Source: a plasmid. Taken from it: DNA of 64,000 nucleotides. The notes under the pieces were generated by a model. The model was given only the letters and a program-made list of their open reading frames with translations, had not been told where the DNA came from and searched no databases. Both the position numbers and the translations under genes were made by a program. The DNA is taken from the sequence record NZ_CP027239.1; one strand, given 5' to 3'. This document shows positions 48,534-58,453 of this stretch, piece after piece (within the stretch, counting starts at the first letter, position 1; each line of letters begins with the position of its first letter).

Positions 48534-49087
48534 CCCAGAGCGGCCAAGAAGCGTTCAGCGATCGCGTACGAGCTTCGGTCGTGCCCATCGAGGTAGACCT
48601 GGCCACGCACGGCGTCGGCGCGAGTCTGAATGATCGTGGCCATCCATTCCGCTGTTTGCTCCAGCTCTGAGATGTAGGAAGCGCGAGCGAAACAGACGCG
48701 TGCCGGTCCGAGCTGGGACAGGAACCCCTCGGGCAGGTTCGGGGCCAGGCGCCGGAGCTGAGCGCGGTAGGTATCAGCATCGAGATCGTCAGCGCCCTCG
48801 TGGGCGAGGACTACGTGGGCGAGCTCGTGACACCGGACGTGCTCCTGATAGTTGGCGTTGCCGCGGGTGGTGATGTAGATCCGGTTGATGCTCGGCGAGG
48901 GCACCCACAGTCCACTGATCTCGTCCTCCAGTGAGGCCGGCAGCGGGGAAACAGTGATTGGTTTGCCGGTAATCAGCCCGATACTGGCGGTGAACTCGTC
49001 GATGTCCCACGGGCGTCGGATCGGCAGGGCTTCGACAAGTCGCTCAGCGGTGTGCTGAGGATCGCGTGCAGTCGGCTTTCTGAGCAT
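48521..49087 (-). CDS. ImmA/IrrE-family HEXXH metallopeptidase
   Basis: HVRCHELAHVVLAHE zinc-binding motif at the position typical of ImmA anti-repressor proteases. Confidence 0.6.
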   Translation of the reverse strand: MLRKPTARDPQHTAERLVEALPIRRPWDIDEFTASIGLITGKPITVSPLPASLEDEISGLWVPSPSINRIYITTRGNANYQEHVRCHELAHVVLAHEGADDLDADTYRAQLRRLAPNLPEGFLSQLGPARVCFARASYISELEQTAEWMATIIQTRADAVRGQVYLDGHDRSSYAIAERFLAALGWKS

Positions 49088-49094
49088 GCTCGTG

Positions 49095-49589
49095 TCAGTC
49101 CGGCTTCCGGGAGGGATCGAGCAAGTTGAGAAGGTTCTCGCGGGCCTCGGGGCTCAGCTCGGACCCTGCTCGGAGCTGCACTAGAGCCGGCGAGGTCCGG
49201 TTGAGCTCGGCGAGCGCTTGCAGGCTGTTCCATGCGGGCAGGACGATGGCTGGGTCGTCGCCGAGCAACACCTCTGGGCCGATCTGGATCGAGTCCATCA
49301 CCGCATCGACTACGGGCGCAGGGACGGAGTCCACGTCCCCGGCGCGGAGCGCGGCGATGTGTGCTGGTGTCACGTTGATCCCATGCGAGCTGCTGACGCG
49401 GCCGGCGACGGAGACGTCGAGGTCGCCTGCCTCGGGGTGCAGCAGCGACAGGGCAAGTGCGAACCGCTGTCCGACAGTAGGCATCTCGGACTCGGACCGG
49501 TGGTCCACTGGGGAATCAGTCACAAGTCCTCCTTCTGGTGGTTGGGGGGTGGGGGGCGGGCGCGGGCTAGGAGCGTGGGTCAGTAACAC
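49095..49589 (-). CDS. hypothetical protein; 5' end runs into the IS1182-family terminal repeat (possibly truncated)
   Basis: ORF start lies inside the IS left inverted repeat (49568-49587); internal ATG at 49484. Confidence 0.35.
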   Translation of the reverse strand: MLLTHAPSPRPPPTPQPPEGGLVTDSPVDHRSESEMPTVGQRFALALSLLHPEAGDLDVSVAGRVSSSHGINVTPAHIAALRAGDVDSVPAPVVDAVMDSIQIGPEVLLGDDPAIVLPAWNSLQALAELNRTSPALVQLRAGSELSPEARENLLNLLDPSRKPD

Positions 49590-51282
49590 GCCAGTTCAGG
49601 TCCGCTGATGGGGCGGGTTCGGCGGGATAATTGTCGTCATGGGCGAGGAAGGGTTGTTCGCCGCCGAGGAGTTCCGCGTCGAGCGGGCTGACCGGCAGGG
49701 CGAGGTCGAGCCGGTGGGCGCAGGCAAGACATTTCGGGCGTTCGACCCGGGCCAGGGGTTGTTGCTGCCGCCGTCGCTGGATGACTGGCTTCCGGCCGAT
49801 CATCTGGCACGGTTCGTGGCGGATCTGGTCGATGAGCACCTGGATTTATCGCGGATCTACGTCTCCTACCAGGAGGGGCGCGGGGCCCCGCCGTACGATC
49901 CGCGGTTGATGGTGCGGTTGCTGATCTTCGGCTACACCACGGGGGTGCGCTCCTCCCGCGGGATCGAGAAGGCCTGCACCGACATCGTCGCTTTCCGGTG
50001 GTTGGCGGCCGGGGCGGCCCCGGACTACCGCGCGATCGCCAGGTTTCGCAAGAGGCACCTGGCCGCGCTGGGCAACCTGTTCTTGCAGGCGTTGGCGTTG
50101 TGCCAGGCCGCCGGGATGGTCACGCTTGGACAGGTCGCGCTGGATGGGACGAAGCTGCGGGCGAACGCCTCCAAACGCAAGGCCATGTCGTACGCGCGGC
50201 TGACGGACAAGGAGAAGGTACTGGCCCAGGAGGTCTCCGATCTGCTGGCCGCCGCCGAGGCCATCGACAAGGCCGAGGACGCCAAGTTCGGCAAGAACCG
50301 GCGCGGGGACGAGCTGCCCGATGAGCTGGCCCGCCGAGAGTCTCGCCTGGTCAAGCTGCGCCAGGCCAAAGCTGCTCTGGAAGCCGACGCCGCCGCCGAT
50401 GCGGCGGAGAAGGCTGAGGCTAAGGCCCGCGGTAAGGGCGAAGACGAAGACACCGTCGCGCAGAAGGCCGCTGAGGCCGCCGAGCGCGCCACGCCCAGGC
50501 CGAAGGCCCAGCGCAACTTCACCGACCCGGAGTCGAAGATCATGCTCACCGGGGACGGGTCGTTCGCTCAGTGCTACAACGGCCAGGCCGTGGTCGATGC
50601 CGCCCATCAGATCATCGTGGCGGCCGAGGTCAACGACTGTGCCGCCGACGTCGGCAACCTCATCCCCATGACCGAGCAGGCCATCAGCAACACGGGGCAG
50701 GCCCCGAAGCAGATGCTCGCCGATGCCGGGTACTGCTCAGCCGCGAACCTCGCCGCCTCCGCCGAGGTCACCGGCGAGCAGGGCACCGAGTTCTTCATCG
50801 CCACCGGACGACAGCGCAGCGGGGAACCGGCGCCGATCGCCCCCCGGGGACCGATCCCGGCCAGCGCCACGGACAAGCAGCGCATGGCCCGCAAGCTCGC
50901 CACGAAGAAAGGCCGAGCGGTCTACGCCCGGCGCAAAGCGATCGTCGAACCGGTCTTCGGACAGATGAGCACCCTGCAGAACGGCAAGCAACTCCTGATT
51001 CGCGGTCTGGACGCCGCCCGCGGTGAATGGCTACTGCTCGCTGCCTGCCACAACCTGCGAAAGCTCCACGGTCATATCGGCGCCACCGGGCTCGGCGGCC
51101 TCCAGATCGCCTGAACTGGCAGGCCCGGGCGACCTACAGGCTGACCCGCGGACTGAACGCCATCACCGCGGCTTCGCAAACCGAATACCTGGCCGCCAGT
51201 GACGCCGGCCCGAGCGCAACGCTCTCACGCACTCCGCCGTACTCTCGGCGCGCTTCGAGCCATTACTGACCCATGCTCCTAG
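49568..51282 (+). mobile_element. IS1182-family insertion sequence
   Basis: 20-bp terminal inverted repeats CTAGGAGCGTGGGTCAGTAA (left) and TTACTGACCCATGCTCCTAG (right), with one mismatch; one 491-aa transposase inside. Confidence 0.8.
49639..51114 (+). CDS. IS1182-family DDE transposase
   Basis: Motifs FDPGQGLLLPPSLDDWLPADHLARFV, IYVSYQEGRGAPPYDPRLMVRLLIFGYTTGVRSSRGIEKAC and a C-terminal DDE region; Ala/Glu-rich linker. Confidence 0.8.
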   Translation: MGEEGLFAAEEFRVERADRQGEVEPVGAGKTFRAFDPGQGLLLPPSLDDWLPADHLARFVADLVDEHLDLSRIYVSYQEGRGAPPYDPRLMVRLLIFGYTTGVRSSRGIEKACTDIVAFRWLAAGAAPDYRAIARFRKRHLAALGNLFLQALALCQAAGMVTLGQVALDGTKLRANASKRKAMSYARLTDKEKVLAQEVSDLLAAAEAIDKAEDAKFGKNRRGDELPDELARRESRLVKLRQAKAALEADAAADAAEKAEAKARGKGEDEDTVAQKAAEAAERATPRPKAQRNFTDPESKIMLTGDGSFAQCYNGQAVVDAAHQIIVAAEVNDCAADVGNLIPMTEQAISNTGQAPKQMLADAGYCSAANLAASAEVTGEQGTEFFIATGRQRSGEPAPIAPRGPIPASATDKQRMARKLATKKGRAVYARRKAIVEPVFGQMSTLQNGKQLLIRGLDAARGEWLLLAACHNLRKLHGHIGATGLGGLQIA

Positions 51283-51950
51283 TGGCCCGGTCTTGCGGCC
51301 TCCAGCCGCTGTGAAAACGCCGCGCGTTGCTCCGGGCTGAGGGGGACGTCCCGACCAGCAAGCCAGCGGCGGTACAGCTGCTCTTCGGCGTCGGAACGGT
51401 CGTGGGTCATCTCGGCATCTAGGTACGGGCCCAGTGCAAGTTCCAGGATCGGCGGCAGCGAGTGATCTGCGTGGACGTTTCGCTCGAGCAAGCCAGTGAC
51501 CCAATGGCCCACGATTGTCGAGACCACGCCGGTGTGCCGAATGTAGGCGCCGTGCAGCTCGGGATCCGCCAGGACCGCGTTGTTGGCGGACTGAAACTGG
51601 CGATCCAACTCGCGAAGGCTGGCGACCATCTGGGCGATCTCGTTGTTGGAGACCAGGAACTTTCCCTCGTCGAGAGACATGCGTGGCACGTTCTCTTTCG
51701 TTGGGGATGCAGGCAGGGGGACGGGGTCTCCGCCATTGAGGACGGCTCGGGCTGAGCCGGGAGCCCAGCGCAGCGCCGTGTCGAGCTTGTCGAGGGTTGA
51801 CGAGCGCAGTGCCGGCCCAGTGCCGTTTTCAATCGCCCGAGTGCGGGTATCCGACGGTCCACCCTGCTGGTGAACCTGGGTGTATGAAAGGCCCAAAGCG
51901 AGACGGCGGGCGGCGACATGCTCGCCTAACCGGCGCTGTTCATCGGACAT
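51279..51950 (-). CDS. XRE-family HTH transcriptional regulator (ImmR-like repressor candidate)
   Basis: HTH RLGEHVAARRLALGLSYTQV...IENGTGP...TLDKLDTAL. The stop codon lies inside the IS terminal CTAG, so the C-terminus may be altered by the insertion. Confidence 0.65.
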   Translation of the reverse strand: MSDEQRRLGEHVAARRLALGLSYTQVHQQGGPSDTRTRAIENGTGPALRSSTLDKLDTALRWAPGSARAVLNGGDPVPLPASPTKENVPRMSLDEGKFLVSNNEIAQMVASLRELDRQFQSANNAVLADPELHGAYIRHTGVVSTIVGHWVTGLLERNVHADHSLPPILELALGPYLDAEMTHDRSDAEEQLYRRWLAGRDVPLSPEQRAAFSQRLEAARPGH

Positions 51951-52106
51951 ATGGACAGATTAGCGACCACTGTCGCGTTGACCTATCAACGACCAGGCAG
52001 GCCGGGCAGCCAGTCGCCAACTGCTGCACTCGGCACACCAGGTGGGAGCGTGTGGCCAGCGCGGCAACCGCAGCGCTCTACAGACGCAGGAAAGGAACCC
52101 ACTGTC

Positions 52107-52463
52107 ATGGCCATCACCGCTGCAATGCTGCTCGGCAAGGAGCACGCCCGGCATCTCGCAGCCGCCCTCCCGGGACGGTTCACCGGAAGACTGATCGACA
52201 TCGGCGAGGACCGCGGAGTACGCGTCTCCCACAAGGACGACGGAAAGACCACTGGCTTCTGGGAGGCAGTGGCGGTCACCTCTTCCACGACGTGGGTGTG
52301 GTGGATGCCCAACCAGGACGTTCGTCGCGAGCGAGGCTCTGGCACCCTGCTCGCATCAGTCGATGCGCCCCTGCACTACCCGACGGAGTGGGCGGCGCGG
52401 GTTGCTGCAGCGATCAGCGAAGCCGGCCATCAGCGGGACGCGCATTGGATGAGTCCCCTGTGA
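52107..52463 (+). CDS. hypothetical protein
   Basis: ATG after AGGAAAGGAA RBS within ORF 51951..52463. Confidence 0.4.
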   Translation: MAITAAMLLGKEHARHLAAALPGRFTGRLIDIGEDRGVRVSHKDDGKTTGFWEAVAVTSSTTWVWWMPNQDVRRERGSGTLLASVDAPLHYPTEWAARVAAAISEAGHQRDAHWMSPL

Positions 52464-53200
52464 GCTCGGCACGTGGTGGCGCGACACTGTTAGCCACACC
52501 GCCGACCCAGCTGTTTGGCGGATCCGTCGACCGCCGGCAGGAGGACGCAGTGAAGGATGCAGCCACCAGTGCGGGCCTTTTCATCCCCGGCGCTCCTGAC
52601 ATCGTGCACCCCCTCGGGTCGCTGGAGTTCGTCATGCTTCCCGCCACGGGCAGGTACGTGCCCAGCTCGCGGTGGCGGCCGACGGTGATGCTCGACGGCC
52701 AGGACTATCGGTGCGCGATCGTGGCTCCGGACGGGCGGATTGCGGCGACGGCCGTAGGTTCTGGGCACGACTTGCCGTGGGTGGAGCTCAAACCCGCCGG
52801 CGCGGAGTTCGCTGCGGAGTGCGCGCGCATGCCGGCGATCGGGTCGTGCGTGCCCGGAGCGGAGTTGGAGACGGTGGTACAGCATCTGGTGGCCGAAGAG
52901 CTGCTGTCGGACTGGTGCCTCCGTCGGTCGGTCGATGCGTTGGTGTGGGCCGGCGTGGAGGGGGCCGAGCGGGGCCAGTGGTATGCCGAGCCGGCGTTGT
53001 CTTCGTGGGTCGCCGGTGATGTCGCAGTGCTGTGCGATAGTCGCGCTGATGCGGCGTGGGTGTGGCGTGAGGGCACCCGCGTCCCGGCTTGGCAGGGGGA
53101 CGAGAGATTGAGCCATGCCGGCAGGGTCGATAGTCGAGCGTGGCCTTCCGTTTCGGGGAGTCCGATTGAAGGCGAGCTGTTCCCGGTTCGGGGGTCATGA
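52460..53200 (+). CDS. hypothetical protein
   Basis: GTG overlapping upstream stop (GTGA). The 5' half of track ORF 51797..53200 is Arg/His/Cys-rich artefact antisense to the XRE gene. Confidence 0.4.
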   Translation: MSSARGGATLLATPPTQLFGGSVDRRQEDAVKDAATSAGLFIPGAPDIVHPLGSLEFVMLPATGRYVPSSRWRPTVMLDGQDYRCAIVAPDGRIAATAVGSGHDLPWVELKPAGAEFAAECARMPAIGSCVPGAELETVVQHLVAEELLSDWCLRRSVDALVWAGVEGAERGQWYAEPALSSWVAGDVAVLCDSRADAAWVWREGTRVPAWQGDERLSHAGRVDSRAWPSVSGSPIEGELFPVRGS

Positions 53201-53270
53201 TGGACGCACCGAATCAATCTGGGGGCCGTACTGTGAGAATCGCGGGGGATGCAAAGGTGCGAGGTGACTG

Positions 53271-54056
53271 ATGGCGACGCAGAGGGAGACCCTCGGCGCA
53301 TTTCTGCGTGACCTTCGGGAGCGAACTGATCGAAGTCATCTGCCTCTACGGATGGCAACGAAGTCTCGCCGCAGGAAGGGCATGTCACGTGACGAGGTGG
53401 CGGCGTTGGCGCAGTGCTCGTCGTCGTACATCGAGAAGATCGAGCGCGACGTCGCCACCAATGTTTCCACGGAGATCGTGCTGGCCTTGGCTCATGCCGT
53501 TGGGGCGTCGGAGCATCACGTCTCTCATGCGTTGACCTTGGCGGGAGGAGAGCCGTGGGGTCTGGCTGGCGCGTTGGAGGACCCGGCCATCACTCCGGAG
53601 CAACGCACGTATGTCGACTCGCTGGCACCCCATCTGGCGGGTTATGTCGACCTCGCCTGGAATGTTCTTTATGCCAATAGTGAGTACCGCCGGGTGTTTC
53701 GGGGAATCAAAGAGTATGGGAATGTGCTTTTTTGGCTCCTGGAATGCCCTGATGCGAAAAACATCATGTTGGATTGGTATGAAGAGACCCATTTAACAGT
53801 CACGTGGGCGCGTTCTCTGTCGGCTTTGCAGTCCGTGCGCGAAGAATACGACCGTGTATTCGGGAGGCTCGATCACATTCCCGAGTTTCGGGAGATGTAT
53901 TACGGCGCCGATCCGACTTTGGGGCGAGAAGACCCGGCACAGCGGATCTGCGATCCTGATGACGGATCGAAGTTCCGGCTGGACGTGAACTTGTGGAGCC
54001 CCCCGGCCGCTACTGCGGGCTGGCAAATGTATCTCGGTGTGCGGGTGCCGAATTAG
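53271..54056 (+). CDS. XRE-family regulator with DUF5753-like C-terminal domain
   Basis: N-terminal HTH (LGAFLRDLRERTDRSHLPLRMATKSRRRKGMSRDEVAALAQCSSSYIEKIERD) and a long C-terminal domain typical of actinobacterial Scr1-like regulators; no adjacent DUF397 gene seen. Confidence 0.6.
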   Translation: MATQRETLGAFLRDLRERTDRSHLPLRMATKSRRRKGMSRDEVAALAQCSSSYIEKIERDVATNVSTEIVLALAHAVGASEHHVSHALTLAGGEPWGLAGALEDPAITPEQRTYVDSLAPHLAGYVDLAWNVLYANSEYRRVFRGIKEYGNVLFWLLECPDAKNIMLDWYEETHLTVTWARSLSALQSVREEYDRVFGRLDHIPEFREMYYGADPTLGREDPAQRICDPDDGSKFRLDVNLWSPPAATAGWQMYLGVRVPN

Positions 54057-54829
54057 CCGTTGCTGCAGGAGTCGAGAAACGCGGAGATCGCCGTGTTGAC
54101 GACGTGGGGGTGAGTCACGTGCGGAGTGTGAGCCGCGCCCGGCACCGTGACCGCGGCCGTCAGCGCCGGCAGCTGGTCGATCAGGGACTGGGCACGCTCA
54201 GCGCTGATGGCCTGATCGCCTGAGCCGCGAACCAGGAGCGCCGGGCAGGTGATCTCTCCCAGCCGCGACGTGATGTCGTCGCGATTGAGCAGGCAGTCGC
54301 CTGCCGGGGCGACCGGGATGCCGTGGCGTTGCTGCCACACGGCGGACCAGGACGCTGCGACCTGCGGGTCTCCGATGATCTGCTCGGCGAGTGGGCCGGT
54401 CAGCTCGGGCGTGGGCCCCTGGGAGTCCCATGTGGCGAACAGCTCGCGGTAGGACTGCTGCTCGAGCTCGGGGGAGGGTCCGGCCTCGCTGGCAATCAGG
54501 ATGAGCCCGGAGACTCGGTCGGGGTGGGCCAGCGCCATGCGCAGGCCGATGAACCCGCCCTGCGAGTGCCCGACGATGGTTGCTGCGTCGACCCCTTCGG
54601 CGTCCATCACGGCGATCACGTCGTCGGCCTGGTCCCAGAAGCTGTAGGGGGTCGCCCCGTGAGGGGTGTCGCCGTGGCCGCGGGAGTCGATCCGGATCAC
54701 GGTGTGGGTCTTGGAGAAGAGGGCGGCTTGGTTGTCGAATAGGGCGGTCGACATGAAGAAGCCGTGGAGCATTACTAGGGCCGGACCTTGCCCTTCAACG
54801 ACGTAATTCACATTGGTTGACGAATCCAT
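54053..54829 (-). CDS. alpha/beta-fold hydrolase
   Basis: Nucleophile elbow GHSQGG, LHGFF oxyanion region and C-terminal His. Confidence 0.75.
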   Translation of the reverse strand: MDSSTNVNYVVEGQGPALVMLHGFFMSTALFDNQAALFSKTHTVIRIDSRGHGDTPHGATPYSFWDQADDVIAVMDAEGVDAATIVGHSQGGFIGLRMALAHPDRVSGLILIASEAGPSPELEQQSYRELFATWDSQGPTPELTGPLAEQIIGDPQVAASWSAVWQQRHGIPVAPAGDCLLNRDDITSRLGEITCPALLVRGSGDQAISAERAQSLIDQLPALTAAVTVPGAAHTPHVTHPHVVNTAISAFLDSCSNG

Positions 54830-55603
54830 AAAAAGCCTTTCTCGAAAAGCGGATAGCAGGAGAAACTAAAACACACATTGCCAGTGCGTGCAATGAAAAT
54901 GTGTGTGGTGCGCATTTGAAGCTACAGATGTAATCTGATCGCGCGGTACTCGGACGTTTTCGCTGCGAAGATCGCTCCGGCTCACAATGACTTACGAGCC
55001 CATCGGATACTAACTGCATTGGGGAAGTTGGCCCTCACCTCCGCCCGGGTGAGGGCCAACCCTATTCCCCGGAACACCGAAGGCGATAGGCCTCGGCGCT
55101 GCGGAGCCCGGACCCCGCACCGAGGAACCCCACGACAGATCTCCGCTAGGCACACGCCCCCAACCGGGGCCGCATGTACGCGCGGTCGACCAGTACCGAC
55201 ACCCGGGTCCGATCCATCACCACCGTGATCGGTACGCGCCCAGACCTGCCCTCCCCGGCCCCGAGCCCACAGTCGGTGCGAACCCAGACTGCGGTCGCCT
55301 CTCCAGAGGCCCTCGCGCGACCTGCACCCCGCCAGCCGCCCACCACCGAGCCCCGATCGGCCAGACACCAAACTCGCGGAACAGCCCGACGGTGTCGGCG
55401 CCGGCAGCCACTGAAACCGGCCCGGGGCTCGTCTACACTCGGCCGCACGGCTCATCGAGCCTTCCCGCACGGGTTCCCAGGGGTGGGTTCCATGCGCGGG
55501 AGTAGAGCGCCCCACCGCACAGGCTGGGGCGCTCTACGTTTCGATCGGGGCGACACGAGGCACCCTTACCCTCATCGTCAGACACTCACGACGGAGGAAC
55601 CCC

Positions 55604-56284
55604 GTGGCCACGACCGCCCCACCTCGCAGAACTCTCGACGACGCCGTCGACCGGGGCCTTTTGTTCGCGCACGAGCACCAGCTGCACTTCGTATCGCTGG
55701 TCGGCGCCACACCCCGGTGGCGACTCATCCCCACGCTGGGGACCTCCCAGTTCGAGGGACGCCGCAGCTTGGACTGCGACACCCAGATCATCGGAGTGGT
55801 CAAAGCCGGCACCTGGGAATGGGCGTGGGCATCACCGAACGTCACTCGTGGCCGCCAGATCCAGGCCGAGGCCGCGTACCGCTTCGGCCAGGCCCGCAAC
55901 ATGCCGGTGTTCACCACCCCGCGATTGGAGCTCGAAGCCGGAGACGCCCGGCGGCTCGTCATCGGCGCATCGTCGATCCACCGGTGGTGGACGTCGTTCG
56001 CGTTCGGGGTGGACGGCATGGTCATGCACGGGGCGCTACGTCACCCCGCCCTCGAACTGCCCGACCCGACACCGGCGACCGTCCGACAGACCCTCGACCC
56101 GAGCCACTGGACCACTGCGCCTCACAACGCACGACGCGCAATCCGTTCGTACGCCACGTTGAGGAAACTGACCCGCCAGGAGCGCCGCGACCGCACGGCG
56201 ATGCGATTGAGCTGGGCCAATCAGTGGCAAGTCACCGCCCACTTCACCGCAGACGGCGCCCTGGAAGGTGTTACCGGCGACTAG
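55604..56284 (+). CDS. hypothetical protein
   Basis: Clean ORF of 226 aa. Confidence 0.4.
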   Translation: MATTAPPRRTLDDAVDRGLLFAHEHQLHFVSLVGATPRWRLIPTLGTSQFEGRRSLDCDTQIIGVVKAGTWEWAWASPNVTRGRQIQAEAAYRFGQARNMPVFTTPRLELEAGDARRLVIGASSIHRWWTSFAFGVDGMVMHGALRHPALELPDPTPATVRQTLDPSHWTTAPHNARRAIRSYATLRKLTRQERRDRTAMRLSWANQWQVTAHFTADGALEGVTGD

Positions 56285-56404
56285 TCGGAAAGCCGTCGAT
56301 GCTCTAGCCACACACGCGTCGAGCAGGCATGCTGGTGTGCAGACCGGCGCTCCCCAGCGAAGCCAAGCAGGGCGCGCATCCGGCCAGCGCCCCGGAGGGC
56401 CTCC

Positions 56405-56695
56405 ATGCCAATCCGTATCTCCCTCGCCGACAACTCCCTCGCCGGCGACAGTGACGACCACTTCATCGCCACCGGACACATCCGTACTGCACTGCGGCAC
56501 CCCGACGGCGCGGTGGTGGTGTTCCACGACGGCACCGTCACCGCTGGCTCCTGGTCCGCGGTGTGCCGCGCATACCCGCAGCCGATGCGCCGTGTCTTCG
56601 CACGTCGGGAGCTGGACATGCTCGTGGACGCGGTAGGCATTGTCGCAACCGCCAAGCTGGCCAACACCCAGATCGTTGACTGGGTGATCGCCTAA
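56405..56695 (+). CDS. hypothetical protein (96 aa)
   Basis: Clean ORF, convergent with 56692..57027. Confidence 0.35.
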   Translation: MPIRISLADNSLAGDSDDHFIATGHIRTALRHPDGAVVVFHDGTVTAGSWSAVCRAYPQPMRRVFARRELDMLVDAVGIVATAKLANTQIVDWVIA

Positions 56696-57027
56696 ATCGC
56701 CTGGACCGACGTCACCTCGGCGCCTGTCGTGTTCGCGCCCAGCAGGGCCGTGTCGCTGCCGGTGGCGTACATCTCGACGATGTCGGCACTGAACTTCTCG
56801 ATGAGCTCGCCGGAGAGCTCCTCGCAGAACGGCACCACCACATCCCGGCCGAAACGGCAGACCCGGCCGATGTCGGGCACGGGAGCCCCACACTGGCGGG
56901 CCCACACATACGCGGCCGTAGCCACGCGCCTGGACTCAGCGAACCCACCGGGCCCGGAAACCGTCACCAGCAGTGTCGTTGCCTCCCCGACCTGGGTCGG
57001 GCGCGCCCACCGGGGAAGCCCGGTCAC
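56692..57027 (-). CDS. hypothetical protein, translationally coupled downstream of MoxR-like ATPase
   Basis: Start overlaps the ATPase stop (ATGA on minus strand). Confidence 0.4.
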   Translation of the reverse strand: MTGLPRWARPTQVGEATTLLVTVSGPGGFAESRRVATAAYVWARQCGAPVPDIGRVCRFGRDVVVPFCEELSGELIEKFSADIVEMYATGSDTALLGANTTGAEVTSVQAI

Positions 57028-58304
57028 TGCAGCTCCTGCTGCACCAGTGGCCCGACGGGCGAGCCGAACACCTCGACCAGGACGTCGAGCACCTCAGGCT
57101 GGTGCTGCGGCTCCGGGCACGCAGCGAACAGCATCGACGCCGCGACTTGGACGCCCATCCCCATGTCGAGAGCCTTCTGCGACTTGAGCAGATGGTCAGT
57201 TTGGGGCGCCCACCCTGGCCGGCGCCCGGACTGGCCCGCCACCGCGGCCCGCGCAGCCAGCAGCCGGCCCACGCGGACCAGGCGGGCATCGACACCCAGT
57301 TCGGCCACGAGGCCGTAGTCAGTGGTGGCTTCGAGCTGCAGAGGAAAGCGGCGCAGAATTGCCGCATCGAGGGGCCGCACACCGACCCCGGTCTGGTTGT
57401 AGGTGACGACGATGTGGAATCCGTCGGCGGCGTGCAGCACCGGCTCGTCGGGCAGTGCGTCGATGACGAGCATCCGACGGTCGTCGGCGGGGCCCATGAG
57501 CACGTTGATCGTGTCGGATGGCGCTCGAGTCAGATCGTCGATCAGCAGCACCTTGCCCTGACGCATGGCCTCGGCCAGTGGGCCGTACGCGAACCGGTAC
57601 CCGGGACCGTCTTCGCGCGGGATCCACTTACCGACCAGGTCATCGACGGCCAGGTCGCCGTGCCCTTCGACGACAATCAGGTCTTCTCCGAACGCCGCCT
57701 CGGCGAGCATGGTCTTGCCGTTGCCCGACGCGCCCACGATGCGGGTGAACAGGGAGCCACGCGCCTGGCGCAGGATCTGCACATCGGTAGTGTCGCCGAC
57801 CGGCCGGGGACGGTAGACGCGCCCGTCGCGCAGTGGCACCGACTCCAGCGGGCCGGCGAAGCTGGCGGGTGTGGACGAGGGGGAGGGCTGGACCGGTTCG
57901 GGATCCGGTGTCGCCTCTAATTCCGGCACCGCGAGGGCCGCCTGAACACTGCCTTCCAGGTCACCGAGCATCGACGCGGCCGGGGGCGATCCCTCCAGCA
58001 GCTGCACCAACTGCTCGTGCGTGGGTCCTTCATCGTCGACCTGCAGGTAGGCCACATCGGCGAACGCCCGCGCGGGCGCCGCCTCGGTGAACGCCTCCCC
58101 GGCCTCTTTGCTCAGCAGGGACGCATCCGCCGAGAGCATCAGCCCCGACTGCCCTCGGTAAGCGGCCACCAGTTGCGGGCCGGCCTCCGGGTCACACCAC
58201 AGCAGCATCGCATCGGGCTGGCCTGCGCCGCGGGGCGCCTTGCCCCTACGTCTCCACCAGGCGACGGGCAGCGTGGTGGTCAGGGCAGTGGCAGTCGAGG
58301 TCAT
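57024..58304 (-). CDS. MoxR-like AAA+ ATPase
   Basis: Walker A VGASGNGKT, Walker B VLLIDDL and an AAA lid region. Start taken at Met278 of track ORF 57024..59135; the upstream part is Arg-rich artefact. Confidence 0.65.
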   Translation of the reverse strand: MTSTATALTTTLPVAWWRRRGKAPRGAGQPDAMLLWCDPEAGPQLVAAYRGQSGLMLSADASLLSKEAGEAFTEAAPARAFADVAYLQVDDEGPTHEQLVQLLEGSPPAASMLGDLEGSVQAALAVPELEATPDPEPVQPSPSSTPASFAGPLESVPLRDGRVYRPRPVGDTTDVQILRQARGSLFTRIVGASGNGKTMLAEAAFGEDLIVVEGHGDLAVDDLVGKWIPREDGPGYRFAYGPLAEAMRQGKVLLIDDLTRAPSDTINVLMGPADDRRMLVIDALPDEPVLHAADGFHIVVTYNQTGVGVRPLDAAILRRFPLQLEATTDYGLVAELGVDARLVRVGRLLAARAAVAGQSGRRPGWAPQTDHLLKSQKALDMGMGVQVAASMLFAACPEPQHQPEVLDVLVEVFGSPVGPLVQQELQ

Positions 58305-58453
58305 GGGCGGGGATCCTTCATCGTGTCGGAGTGCGCGGCTAGGGTGTGGCGCCCAGTATGCGGGGCCACTGTGGCGGTGTGGCACCACAGCGGCACGGGC
58401 GCAGGGCACCATCACTGGCACCGCAAACCGCCTACCCCTGGAGCTGTTTCCCC

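Noticed and set aside
51797-52459. 5' half of 467-aa track ORF 51797..53200
   Set aside because: Antisense to the XRE regulator gene 51279..51950, with Arg/His/Cys-rich composition. The downstream part is split into two genes (52107..52463 and 52460..53200).
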